Program-made: the position numbers and the translations under genes
The notes under the pieces: model-generated
What the model was told of the DNA's origin: nothing
Seen by the model: the letters and a program-made list of their open reading frames with translations, nothing else
Database searches by the model: none
Part shown: positions 22,384 through 33,300 of the stretch, piece by piece
How positions within the stretch are numbered: position 1 is the first letter of the stretch
Layout of the letters: each line of letters begins with the position of its first letter
From: an uncultured Acidobacteriota bacterium
GTDB lineage: Bacteria; Acidobacteriota; Blastocatellia; RBC074
Direction: 5' to 3'
DNA: 64,000 bases
Assembly: GCA_963796275.1 (NCBI GenBank)
Contig: CAWCKY010000006.1
Span: forward strand, 96,001 to 160,000

Positions 22384-24914
22384 AATCCAGGGGTTTATCT
22401 ATCGCTCTGGTTTATCTGTAAGTAACTTTGGTTAACCTGTTAATAAATTTAATAAAAATTCGAAATTTGAGTATTTACTTTCTGAAATGACTACCGTATT
22501 ATCCGCTGTGTGGTTACCATACGGTACTACGGGGACTGATTGTCAAAAAAAATACGGATTGCCAGGTTAAGAGATGGTTTCTCTCTTGACGCCCGTATTC
22601 ATATACTAGGTTTCATGTAACTCAATCCAGATGTGACTCTAGAATATAAGCTAGTAGAATACTTCGCAATTTTGTTATATATTCACCTATTGTAAGAGAG
22701 CCATGAGCCGCATCCCTTCGAGATACATGATTGCATGTAGTATCAGCATGCTTTGCGTAGCCGAATAATGAAGCTTCTCCTAAACGGCTGGAGATATAGA
22801 GAAATCTGAGGTCACCCAGTAGTCTGAGGTCGCCCAGTAGAGAAATCCTTAGCATCTCTGCCGCAAACGCTTTCATTTCATTCCGCGCACAGTACTATTT
22901 CACCTCCACGCTGATTTCTTGCACCAATAAGCCGGTAGTTCAAAATGAATAACTATGATTGGCGCCTGCTATGCCATGCAGGTGTAGCGCGAAGGCTCGT
23001 CTGGCGTCATATGGTAGTTACGATATGGCATAGGTAGCATATGTTATTATCAGTGTTATATCGATGTTATAGGATTGCAGAGTAGAAAAAACAAAGCCCC
23101 GTTGCTACTGTCGGGTAACAACGGAGCATGTTTGACAACACAATCTTCGCCGCACATTCGCGCTTTGATAGTGCATCATCTGATCGGCACGCATCATAGC
23201 GCAAAGTCAGCGAAGTCTCAACTATATTATTTTTGTAGACTGAAGCTCGATGCGCTTTGCCTTCACTCACAACCGAAAAGACGACAAGCCGAAATGCATG
23301 ATCTCAGGCCTCCTCCCGAGTGGCATTTCCGTCTTTATCTGTGTAACACCACAACTAATCAGTTGAAGTAGGCAGGCAATAGCTTCGCTCTATTTATCAG
23401 AGTGCCCATCCGCGAATGAAACACAGCTCCTCTCTGGAAGAAGAGTTGTGGCAAAGAGTTGGTTAGATTCGGAGCCGGAAGGGCGCGATAACCGAAATGC
23501 TGCCTCGACATGAGGTTTCCTTTAGGGTCCGATCAGGTGGGGTGAAGTGCGCCTTATGGCGGGTTTTACTGATGCTTGAGCGGGGTGAGGTGTGCCTTCC
23601 GGTTAGTTCTCAGGCGACCCACGGAGAAGGTCATGGCTGATAAAAGGAGAGCATCAAATCCGGGGGTTTGTCTATCGCTCTGGTTTACCTGGAAAGTAAC
23701 TCTGGTTGACCTGTTAATAAATTTAATAAAAATTCGAAATTTGAGTATTTACTTTCTGAAATGACTACCGTATTATCCGCTGTGTGGTTACCATACGGTA
23801 CCACGGGGACTGATGTCAGAAAAACATACGGATTGCCAGGTTAAGAGATGGTTTCTCTCTTGGCGTCCGTTTCATATACTAGGTTTCATGTAACTCAATC
23901 CAGATGTGACTCTAGAATACAAGCTAGTAGAGTACTTCGCAATTTTGTTATATATTCATCTATTATAAGAGAGCCCTGAGCCGCATCCCTTCGAGATACA
24001 TGATTGCATGTAGTATCAGCATGCTTTGCGTAGCCGAATAATGAAGCTTCTCCTAAACGGCTGGAGATATAGAGAAATCTGAGGTCACCCAGTAGTCTGA
24101 GGTCGCCCAGTAGAGAAATCCTTAGCATCTCTGCCGCAAACGCTTTCATTTCATTCCGCGCACAGTACTATTTCACCTCCACGCTGATTTCTTGCACCAA
24201 TAAGCCGGTAGTTCAAAATGAATAACTATGATTGGCGCCTGCTATGCCATGCAGGTGTAGCGCGAAGGCTCGTCTGGCGTCATATGGTAGTTACGATATG
24301 GCATAGGTAGCATATGTTATTATCAGTGTTATATCGATGTTATAGGATTGCAGAGTAGAAAAAACAAAGCCCCGTTGCTACTGTCGGGTAACAACGGAGC
24401 ATGTTTGACAACACAATCTTCGCCGCACATTCGCGCTTTGATAGTGCATCATCTGATCGGCACGCATCATAGCGCAAAGTCAGCGAAGTCTCAACTATAT
24501 TATTTTTGTAGACTGAAGCTCGATGCGCTTTGCCTTCACTCACAACCGAAAAGACGACAAGCCGAAATGCATGATCTTCAGGCCTCCTCCCGAGTGGCAT
24601 TTCCGTCTTTATCTGTGTAACACCACAACTAATCAGTTGAAGTAGGCAGGCAATAGCTTCGCTCTATTTATCAGAGTGCCCATCCGCGAATGAAACACAG
24701 CTCCTCTCTGGAAGAAGAGTTGTGGCAAAGAGTTGGTTAGATTCGGAGCCGGAAGGGCGCGATAACCGAAATGCTGCCTCGACATGAGGTTTCCTTTAGG
24801 GTCCGATCAGGTGGGGTGAAGTGCGCCTTATGGCGGGTTTTACTGATGCTTGAGCGGGGTGAGGTGTGCCTTCCGGTTGGTTCTCAGGCGACCCACGGAG
24901 AAGATCGTGGTTGA
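22384..24914. repeat. ~1.27-kb direct repeat of an AT-richer non-coding segment (copy 1 22384-23640, copy 2 23657-24914)
   Basis: Copies align with a period of ~1273 bp. Differences cluster in the first ~330 bp and the last ~40 bp. Confidence 0.97.
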
Positions 24915-25624
24915 CAATCGAAGAGCTTGAGATAGCAGACGCGGATTTCAGCATGACAATTATGTCTAATCCCAGACCGGCTCACGCTTACTACAATCGC
25001 GGGCTGATTCAATATTTCAGAAAAGAGTATGACGCCGCCATCAGCGATTTCGACCAGGCCATTTGGCTCGATTCGCGACTGGCCGAAGCGTGGTTGGATC
25101 GCGGAGCTGCCCGCATCTCCAAGTCGGATGTGGAAGGCGCGATCCGTGACTTCACGAAAGCCATCGAAATTAATCCGAAGCTCGTCCTCGCCTGGAGCAA
25201 TCGCGCCATCGCGCGGAGGGACAACGGCGAGATTGACGCCGCCATTGCCGATTTCGACCAGGCGATCGAACTCGACTCGAAGGGGGCGGAGCTATACGTG
25301 CACCGAGGCATGGCGTTCTATCTCAAGCAAGATTTAAACAAGGCGGAAGCGGATTTCACCAACGCCTTGAAGTATGACAAGCGACTCGCGGAAGCCTGGC
25401 TCAACCGCGGCCTCGCGCGGCACGCGCGGGGTGATCTGAGTGGCGCCGTCGCCGATTACGATCGGGCGATCAAGTTGAAGCCGCGGCTGGCAATAGCCCG
25501 GCTCAACCGCGCCATTGCCAGGTTCGAGAAGGGAGATAGAGAAGAGGCGGAGAACGATCTCGCCCAGGCGTTGAAGCTCGACCCGGCGCTCAAAGAGATC
25601 TTTGAACAATTGCTTCAGAAATAG
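24866..25624 (+). CDS. Tetratricopeptide repeat protein, probably N-terminally truncated (start uncertain; first ATG at 24953)
   Basis: About six TPR units (AYYNRG...AISDFDQAI, AWLDRG, AWSNRA, AWLNRG). TPR register continues up to the repeat boundary. Confidence 0.85.
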   Translation: MPSGWFSGDPRRRSWLTIEELEIADADFSMTIMSNPRPAHAYYNRGLIQYFRKEYDAAISDFDQAIWLDSRLAEAWLDRGAARISKSDVEGAIRDFTKAIEINPKLVLAWSNRAIARRDNGEIDAAIADFDQAIELDSKGAELYVHRGMAFYLKQDLNKAEADFTNALKYDKRLAEAWLNRGLARHARGDLSGAVADYDRAIKLKPRLAIARLNRAIARFEKGDREEAENDLAQALKLDPALKEIFEQLLQK

Positions 25625-25632
25625 ATTGGCTA

Positions 25633-28600
25633 ATGAGTAACAGAAGTAATATCTCAAACTCGATTGACAGACACAGTATCGCCATTATCGGAATGGCAGG
25701 AAGGTTTCCGGGAGCCGGAAATATAGAGGAGTTCTGGCGGAATCTCTGTGACCGCGTAGAATCCATCTCTTTCTTTACCGAGAAGGAGTTAATGTCCTCC
25801 GGAGAAGCGTCTTCAGCCATAAAAGACCCTCACTATGTTGGTGCGCGAGGAATATTGGAGGGCGTCGAACTGTTTGACGCCTCCTTCTTCGGTTTCTATC
25901 CCAAAGAAGCCCAACTGATGGACCCGCAACACCGGCTCTTTTTGGAATGCGCTTGGGAGGCGCTCGAGGATGCAGGCTGTGTAACCGAGAGTTATGAAGG
26001 AGTAGTTGGTGTCTTTGGCGGCGCCGGAATAAACAGCTACTTGTTATCAATCCTTTCTCAGAAGCTGGAAGGCTTAAACGCGGCCGAATGGTACCAACTT
26101 GCGATTGGGAACCATAGTGATTTTTTGACTACACGAGTCTCTTACAAACTGAACTTGCGAGGCCCAAGTCTGAATATCCAAAGCGCCTGTTCTACCTCCT
26201 TAGTGGCGGTCCACGTGGCCTGCCGGAGTTTGCTCGGGCGTCAATGCGATATGGCGCTGGCGGGCGGCGTGGCTATCGGTCTGCCGCAAAAGAGAGGCTA
26301 TCTTTTTCAGGAGGGAATGATTCTCTCTCCCGACGGACATTGCCGGGCCTTTGACGCGAAAGCCCAAGGAACTGTACCCGGTAACGGTGTGGGGATTGTC
26401 GTTCTGAAGCGCCTCGCAGACGCCATCGCCGAGGGGGATCATATCTACGCTGTGATCAAAGGCTCCGCCGTGAATAATGACGGCTCTCTCCGAGTCGGGT
26501 TCACCGCGCCGGGCGTCGCAGGTCAAGCGGAAGTTATTGCCACCGCCCATGAGATCGCCGGGATCGATCCCGAGACGATCACCTATATTGAAGCCCATGG
26601 TACCGGAACTTCATTGGGCGACCCTATTGAAATCGCGGCGCTGACGCAAGTCTTTTGTGAGAAGACCGAGACCAAAGGATTTTGCGCCATCGGTTCGGTC
26701 AAGACAAACCTTGGGCATCTGGATGCGGCTGCGGGCGTGGCCAGCTTGATCAAGACGGCGCTGGCTCTTGATCGCGGTATGATTCCACCCAGCCTGAACT
26801 TTGAGCAGCCCAATCCGAAGATCGATTTCAGTGGGGGCCCCTTTTATGTGAACACGGAGCTTTCCCAATGGATGGCGGGCGATGCGCCGCGCCGCGCCGG
26901 CGTCAGCTCCTTCGGCATCGGAGGCTCCAACGCGCATGTCGCCCTCGAAGAAGCTCCCGCGATCGACAGTTTCGCATCGAGACCCTGGCAGTTACTGGTG
27001 TTGTCGGCGAAAACGGATTCCGCGCTGGAGACAGCCACTACGCGACTGGCCACTCATCTGAAAGGGCATTCAGACCTCAACCTGCCAGAGCTTAATCTGG
27101 CAGATGTGGCCTACACATTGCAGGTTGGCCGCAAGGCGTTCGCCCATCGGCGAATCCTTGTTTGCCAAACGCTTGAGGGCGCCAGGAACGCGTTGGAAAT
27201 AAGCGATCCCAAACGAGTCTTTTCAGCTTCCGTCGCTTGTGAGACTGACTCTCGTCCAGTCGTCTTTATGTTCAGCGGGCAGGGCGCCCAATATGTGAAT
27301 ATGGGGTTTGACCTCTATCAGGCCGAGCCTATTTTTCGAGAGACGATAGATTACTGCTCGGAATTGCTCAAACCCTATTTGGATTTGGATTTGCGCGATT
27401 TACTTTATCCCACTTCGGAAAAAGTGGAAGAGGCCGCTGCGCGATTGAGCCAGACTCGCGTCACACAGCCCGCCTTGTTTGCCATTGAGTACGCGTTGGC
27501 CAGGCTCTGGATGGAATGGGGGATCAGACCGCAGGCCATGATCGGGCACAGCGTCGGGGAGTACGTCGCGGCCTGTCTAGCCGGCGTTTGCTCGCCGGAA
27601 GACGCGTTGAGGCTGGTGGCCGCGAGAGGACGTTTGATGCAGGGGGCTCCGCAAGGCGCCATGCTCAGCGTACGACTCGAAGAGTCGGCCGCGCGCGATC
27701 TACTCGGCGGCAAGCTTTCATTGGCCGCGGTCAACGGGCCGGCGTCCTGCGTCGTTTCCGGGCCGCGCGACGCGATAGTTGAAATGGAGCAGCGATTGAC
27801 AGCGGAGGGCGTGGACCATCGCCGGTTACACACCTCGCACGCCTTTCACTCGGAGATGATGGACTCCATCTTGAAATCCTTTGAGAGGGAGGTCGAAAAA
27901 GCCACTCTCCGGTCTCCCCAGATTCCCTACGTGAGCGACCTCACGGGAACCTGGATAACGGAGGCGGATGCGACAGATCCTGGCTACTACGCGAAACACC
28001 TTCGGCATACAGTCAGATTCGCGGATGGGATCGGCGAGCTGTTGAATGATCCAAACATCGTTCTGTTGGAGGTCGGGCCGGGGCAGACTTTAAGCGCTCT
28101 GGCGCGGGAGAACAGCGGTGCCGCGCGAGGACGGGTTATTCTCAATTCCACACGCCATCCGCACGATCAGCAGTCGGACGTTTCCTTCATCCTCAACACG
28201 TTGGGCAAACTCTGGCTTGCCGGGGTCAAGATAGATTGGCCCGGTTTCTATGCGAAGGAGAGGCGGCTACGCGTCTCTTTGCCGGCATACCCGTTTGAAC
28301 GTCAGCGTTACTGGCTCGATGTGAAGGAATCAGCGATCACCGGCGACGTTTATCAATCAAGTTCGCAGGCAGGTTCGCGAGCAGGCTCGCGGGAGATCGC
28401 GGACTGGTTTTATGTGCCTTCCTGGAAACGCGCCGATTTACCCAGGGGGCTCGCGGCGAATGTGGCGCCAAATGAGGCTTTGGATGAAAAAGTAAACTGG
28501 TTGCTGCTGATCGATGATCACGGGCTTGGCTCTCTTCTGGCTGAGCGGCTCGTTGATCGGGGACAGGATGTGATCACAGTCAAAATGGGCAGGCGATTCG

Positions 28601-30360
28601 AGCGGATCGGCGAGCGCGCTTATGTTCTCGATCCGCAAGCGCGCGCCGATTATGATGCGCTACTGGCAGCGCTGATCGAACTGAAGAAAACCCCTCAAAA
28701 AATAGCCCATTTCTGGAACGTGACGCCGACTGACCAGGTCAGGCCCGGCCCTGAGTTTTTTGAAGAAGCGCAGGCGGCCGGTTTTTACAGTTTGCTCTAT
28801 CTCGCCCAGGCTCTCGGTCGGCGAAATGTTACGGACCAGTTGCGGCTCTGGGTCGTCTCAACGAATCTGCAGGAGGTGACGGGTGAAGAGCTGCTATGTC
28901 CCGAGAAAGCGACTTTGTTGGGGCCTTGCCAGGTCATCTCTCAGGAGTGTCCGAACATAGCCTGTCACAGTCTCGATCTGATCATTCCCGATTCGCGAAG
29001 GCCGACCGGATTGATTGATGAGATCCTGATAGACAGGCTCATCACAGAATTCTCCGCAAATATCTCGGCCGATCGCACGATCGCTTATCGTGGAAATCAC
29101 CGGTGGGTGTTGAACTATGAGCTGGCGCCTGCGGATGGCTTTAGCAGGGGCTTATCCCGGTTAAGACAAGGAGGCGTGTACCTCATTACCGGCGGACTCG
29201 GGAAGATCGGGCTGACGATCGCGGAACATCTGGCTCGGACGGCGCATGCGAAGTTGATCCTGATAGGTCGCTCTGAATTCCCGCTGAGGGACGAGTGGGA
29301 TCAATGGCTCTCAACACACGAAGAGCGGGACCAGGCGAGCCGCATAATTCGGAGGCTGATGGGGATTGAGGAGGCGGGCGGCGAGGTCTTGGTTCTAAGC
29401 GCGGATGCCGCCAATGAACGGCAGATGCAAAAAGTGATCGCTCGGGCTGATGATCGGTTTGGCCGGATACATGGCGTTATCCATGCCGCCGGAGTAGTTG
29501 GAGAGAAGGCGGTCCGAACTATTCAAGAGATAGACCCGGATGAGTGCGCCTCGCAATTTCAAGCGAAGATTCACGGCCTGAACGTGTTGGCCCGCACGCT
29601 GAGCGGGAGGGAGCTTGATTTCTTCATACTGCAATCATCCCTGTCATCGGTTTTGGGTGGACTGGGGTTCGCCTCCTATTCTGCGGCCAACCATTACCTG
29701 GACGCGTTTGCCCGCAAGCAGAGTCAGACGAATGGCGTCCAATGGGTCAGCGTGAATTGGGACGGCTGGCGGTTCGATGAGGAGAAGAGATTCGGCGCTG
29801 CAACGGTCGAGTTAGCCATCTCGCCGGAAGACGGCGTCGAGGTTTTCAAACGCCTTCTCTCCGTAGACGGGTTCAATCAAGTCATCATTTCAACCGGAGA
29901 CCTGCAAGCGCGGATCGGCAAATGGATTAATGGTGAGGCGAAACTGGAGCCGAAGGCCGAGGCGCGATCGAACTCTTCTGCATCGTCGGCCTCCCGGCCT
30001 CAACTGCAAACGACCTATGTCGAGCCCGGAAGTGAGCTAGAGCGGCGTATCGTCGAGGTCTGGCAAAATCTGCTGGGGATCGAGCCGGTGGGAATCCACG
30101 ATAACTTCTTTGAGTTGGGCGGCGACTCTTTGCTCGGCACTCAGCTGATCGCTCAGCTTCGCAGCATCTTCCAGACGGAGTTTCCCATGCGCAGCCTCTT
30201 CGAGGACTCGACTGTGGCCGGGGCGGCGAAGATCATCGAGATGGCATTAAGAGATGGGCAGAGCCCGGTTGATAAACTTACTGAAGCGTTGAAAAAGGTG
30301 GAAGGACTTTCAGATGAAGAGGCCGGCGCGCTGCTCGCCGGATTTCAGTCTCGTGGGTGA
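25633..30360 (+). CDS. Type I PKS module KS-AT-KR-ACP (hybrid-type KS, malonyl AT)
   Basis: KS: QSACSTS, EAHGTGT, KTNLGHL. AT: GHSVG, HAFH. KR: GGLGKIG, YSAAN. ACP: LGGDSL. C-terminal LSDEE docking helix. Confidence 0.95.
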   Translation: MSNRSNISNSIDRHSIAIIGMAGRFPGAGNIEEFWRNLCDRVESISFFTEKELMSSGEASSAIKDPHYVGARGILEGVELFDASFFGFYPKEAQLMDPQHRLFLECAWEALEDAGCVTESYEGVVGVFGGAGINSYLLSILSQKLEGLNAAEWYQLAIGNHSDFLTTRVSYKLNLRGPSLNIQSACSTSLVAVHVACRSLLGRQCDMALAGGVAIGLPQKRGYLFQEGMILSPDGHCRAFDAKAQGTVPGNGVGIVVLKRLADAIAEGDHIYAVIKGSAVNNDGSLRVGFTAPGVAGQAEVIATAHEIAGIDPETITYIEAHGTGTSLGDPIEIAALTQVFCEKTETKGFCAIGSVKTNLGHLDAAAGVASLIKTALALDRGMIPPSLNFEQPNPKIDFSGGPFYVNTELSQWMAGDAPRRAGVSSFGIGGSNAHVALEEAPAIDSFASRPWQLLVLSAKTDSALETATTRLATHLKGHSDLNLPELNLADVAYTLQVGRKAFAHRRILVCQTLEGARNALEISDPKRVFSASVACETDSRPVVFMFSGQGAQYVNMGFDLYQAEPIFRETIDYCSELLKPYLDLDLRDLLYPTSEKVEEAAARLSQTRVTQPALFAIEYALARLWMEWGIRPQAMIGHSVGEYVAACLAGVCSPEDALRLVAARGRLMQGAPQGAMLSVRLEESAARDLLGGKLSLAAVNGPASCVVSGPRDAIVEMEQRLTAEGVDHRRLHTSHAFHSEMMDSILKSFEREVEKATLRSPQIPYVSDLTGTWITEADATDPGYYAKHLRHTVRFADGIGELLNDPNIVLLEVGPGQTLSALARENSGAARGRVILNSTRHPHDQQSDVSFILNTLGKLWLAGVKIDWPGFYAKERRLRVSLPAYPFERQRYWLDVKESAITGDVYQSSSQAGSRAGSREIADWFYVPSWKRADLPRGLAANVAPNEALDEKVNWLLLIDDHGLGSLLAERLVDRGQDVITVKMGRRFERIGERAYVLDPQARADYDALLAALIELKKTPQKIAHFWNVTPTDQVRPGPEFFEEAQAAGFYSLLYLAQALGRRNVTDQLRLWVVSTNLQEVTGEELLCPEKATLLGPCQVISQECPNIACHSLDLIIPDSRRPTGLIDEILIDRLITEFSANISADRTIAYRGNHRWVLNYELAPADGFSRGLSRLRQGGVYLITGGLGKIGLTIAEHLARTAHAKLILIGRSEFPLRDEWDQWLSTHEERDQASRIIRRLMGIEEAGGEVLVLSADAANERQMQKVIARADDRFGRIHGVIHAAGVVGEKAVRTIQEIDPDECASQFQAKIHGLNVLARTLSGRELDFFILQSSLSSVLGGLGFASYSAANHYLDAFARKQSQTNGVQWVSVNWDGWRFDEEKRFGAATVELAISPEDGVEVFKRLLSVDGFNQVIISTGDLQARIGKWINGEAKLEPKAEARSNSSASSASRPQLQTTYVEPGSELERRIVEVWQNLLGIEPVGIHDNFFELGGDSLLGTQLIAQLRSIFQTEFPMRSLFEDSTVAGAAKIIEMALRDGQSPVDKLTEALKKVEGLSDEEAGALLAGFQSRG

Positions 30361-33300
30361 GTATCGTGAGCGATCTTTATAAACAAATCTCCAGACTATC
30401 AGGTGAGAAACGCAGGCTCTTCGATCTGTACTTGCAGAAAGAGGGCGTGACTTTCTCAGAGTTGTTGATCGTCCCTCAAGAGAAGAGAGGCTCCGATCAT
30501 TTCCCGCTCTCTTTCGCCCAGCAGCGGCTTTGGTTTCTCGACCAGTTGGAGCCTGGGAATCCGCTCTATAACAATCCAGCCGCGATTCGTTTCACTGGCC
30601 CTCTCGACCGGGCGGCTTTGGAGCAGGCTCTGAATGAGATTGTCGGGCGGCATGAAATTTTGCGCACTACCTTTACGATGGTGAGTGGCCAGCCAGTCCA
30701 GGTTATCGCTCCCAAACTCATCCTAACTCTTCCGGTGGTTGACCTGCGAACCAAACCAGAGGTCGAGCGGGAAGATGAGGTTATGCGGCTAGCCACCGAG
30801 GAGGCGCGGAAACCATTCAACCTGTCTGAGGGGCCGCTGCTCCGCGTCATTCTGATGAAGCTGGCCGAGGAGGAGCACGTGGTCCTGCTGACCATGCATC
30901 ACGTCGTATCCGACGGTTGGTCGGTCGGAGTGCTCATTCGGGAAGTCGCGGCGCTCTATGAAGCTTTTACCAGCTGTGCGCCGGCGTCGCTGCCCGAACT
31001 TCCAATTCAATATGTGGATTTCGCCGTCTGGCAGCGAAAGTGGCTGACGGGGAAAAGGCTCGATGAACAGTTGACTTACTGGAAACAGCATCTAGCCGGC
31101 GCCGCACCTACATTGGAATTGCCAGCAGATCGCCCCAGGCCGGCGGCGCAGACCTATCGCGGGGCCACTCGCTTCTTCAACCTGCCAGTGGATGTTTTTC
31201 GTGCGCTGAAGGAACTGAGCCGTCAGAACGACGCCACGCTCTTCATGACAATGCTGGCGGCCTTTCAAACGATGCTCTACCGCTATTCGGGACAAGAGGA
31301 CTTCTGCGTAGGAGCGGCCGTCGCCAATCGCAATCGAGTCGAGACCGAAGGGCTGATCGGGTTTTTTGTCAACATGCTGGCGTTGCGCTGCGACCTGTCG
31401 GGCGATCTCAGCTTCCGCCAATTGCTCGAGCGGACGCGGGAGACGGCGCTGGGCGCATTGGCGCATCAGGATCTGCCGTTTGAAATGCTGGTGGAAGAGC
31501 TGCAGCCGCAACGGAACAGAAGCCACACGCCGCTGTTTCAGGTGATATTCGATCTCAACAACGCCGCGCCCGGCGCCATGGGCGCCTTGAAACTTGCGAA
31601 CCTGAAAGCGGAGGCGCTTCAGGTAGAGGCCGGCGTCGCGCATGCCGATCTGGTCATGAGTTTGATGGAGAACGGCGACGCGCTCAGTGGCAAATTGAGA
31701 TACAACACCGACATCTTCGATGCCGCGACTATTGAGCGAATGCTGGAGCATTTTCAGGTTCTGTTGATAGGCATCGCCGCTGATCCGGATCGGCGCGTTT
31801 CAGACATGCCTCTTTCGACCGAGGTGGAACGGCGCCGTCTCTTGTCAGAATGGAATGACACCGCCTCTGAGTATCCGCGCAATAAATGCGTGCATGAGTT
31901 GTTCGAGGCGCAGGTGGAGCGAAGCTCCGACGCGATTGCGCTGGTGGTCGAGGAGGAGCAGCTTACCTACCGGGAGTTGAACCGCCGGGCCAATCAACTC
32001 GCCGCCTACCTCGGAAAGCTCGGGGTCGGGCCGGAAACGCCGGTGGGCTTTTGCCTGGAGCGTTCCCCGGAGATGGTCGTCGGTATCCTCGGCATCTTGA
32101 AGGCCGGTGGAACCTACGTGCCGTTAGACCCGGCGTATCCCAAAGAGCGCCTGGCCTTCATGCTGGAAGATACTCGGACGCCGGTGATCCTGACTCAGCA
32201 AAGGTTGATCGAGCACCTGCCGGAGCATCAGGCCAGTGTCGTTCGAATAGACGCAGACTGGGAATTGATGACAGAGGAGAGCGAGGCGAATCGGGCGAGC
32301 GGGGCGACAGCCGGTCATCTGGCCTACATCATGTACACTTCAGGCTCGACCGGCAGGCCGAAAGGGATCGCCATCCAGCACCGGGCCATCAACCGGCTGG
32401 TCTTCAATACCAACTACATCGAGATAACGCCCGAGGACCGGATGCTGCTGGCGTCGAACTCGGCCTTCGACGCGGCGACCTTCGAGTTGTGGGGCGCGCT
32501 GCTGCACGGAGCGCGGCTGGTGGGGGTCAGCAGAGAGGCGGTCATATCGCCTCGGGAGCTCGCCGCCTCCATCCGCGATCACGGAATAAGCGCGATGTGG
32601 CTGACGGCGGCCCTCTTCAATCAAATGACGCGCGAAGTCCCCAAGGCTTTCGGCGCCGTGAAACACCTGCTCATTGGGGGCGAGGCGCTTGATCCCCACC
32701 GGGTGCGAGAGGCGCTCAAGAATGACCCGCCCGCTCGGTTGGTGAACGGGTATGGGCCGACGGAGGGCACGACCTTCACTACCTGGTACCTGGCGCAAGA
32801 GGCAGCGGAAGGAGCGAGCTCCATTCCCATAGGTCGACCTATCTCTAACACGCAAACATATTTGTTGGATCGTAACCAACAGCCCACGCCCATAGGGATT
32901 GCGGGCGAGTTATACATCGGTGGGGATGGACTGGCGCGCGGTTATTTCAATAGGCCGGAGCTGACGGCGGAGAAGTTCGTCCCGAATCCATATAGCGAGC
33001 GGCCGGGCGCGCGGCTCTACCGGACGGGAGACCTGGTCCGTTACCTGCCGGATGGCGCGATTGAGTTCCTGGGGCGGCTCGATCATCAGGTGAAGATCCG
33101 CGGTTTCCGCATAGAGTTGGGCGAGATCGAAGCTGCGCTCAACCGGCATCCGTCGGTGAGAGAGAGCATCGTTCTCCTCAGGGAGGATGCGCCGGGCGAG
33201 AAGCGGCTGGTAGCCTACCTCGCGACCGAGTCGAGGAAGGCGTTCACAGTTGATGATCTCCGTAACTTCTTGCGGCAAAAGTTGCCTGATTACATGACCC

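Noticed and set aside
22622-24620. Short ORFs inside the 1.27-kb repeat (84-98 aa, both strands)
   Set aside because: No motifs or clear RBS, and an indel between copies changes their ends. Their recurrence is explained by the duplication itself.
22384-24914. Insertion sequence, riboswitch or known RNA gene as the identity of the repeat
   Set aside because: I see no transposase ORF, terminal inverted repeats or recognisable tRNA, rRNA or riboswitch consensus. An unknown ncRNA cannot be excluded without an Infernal search.
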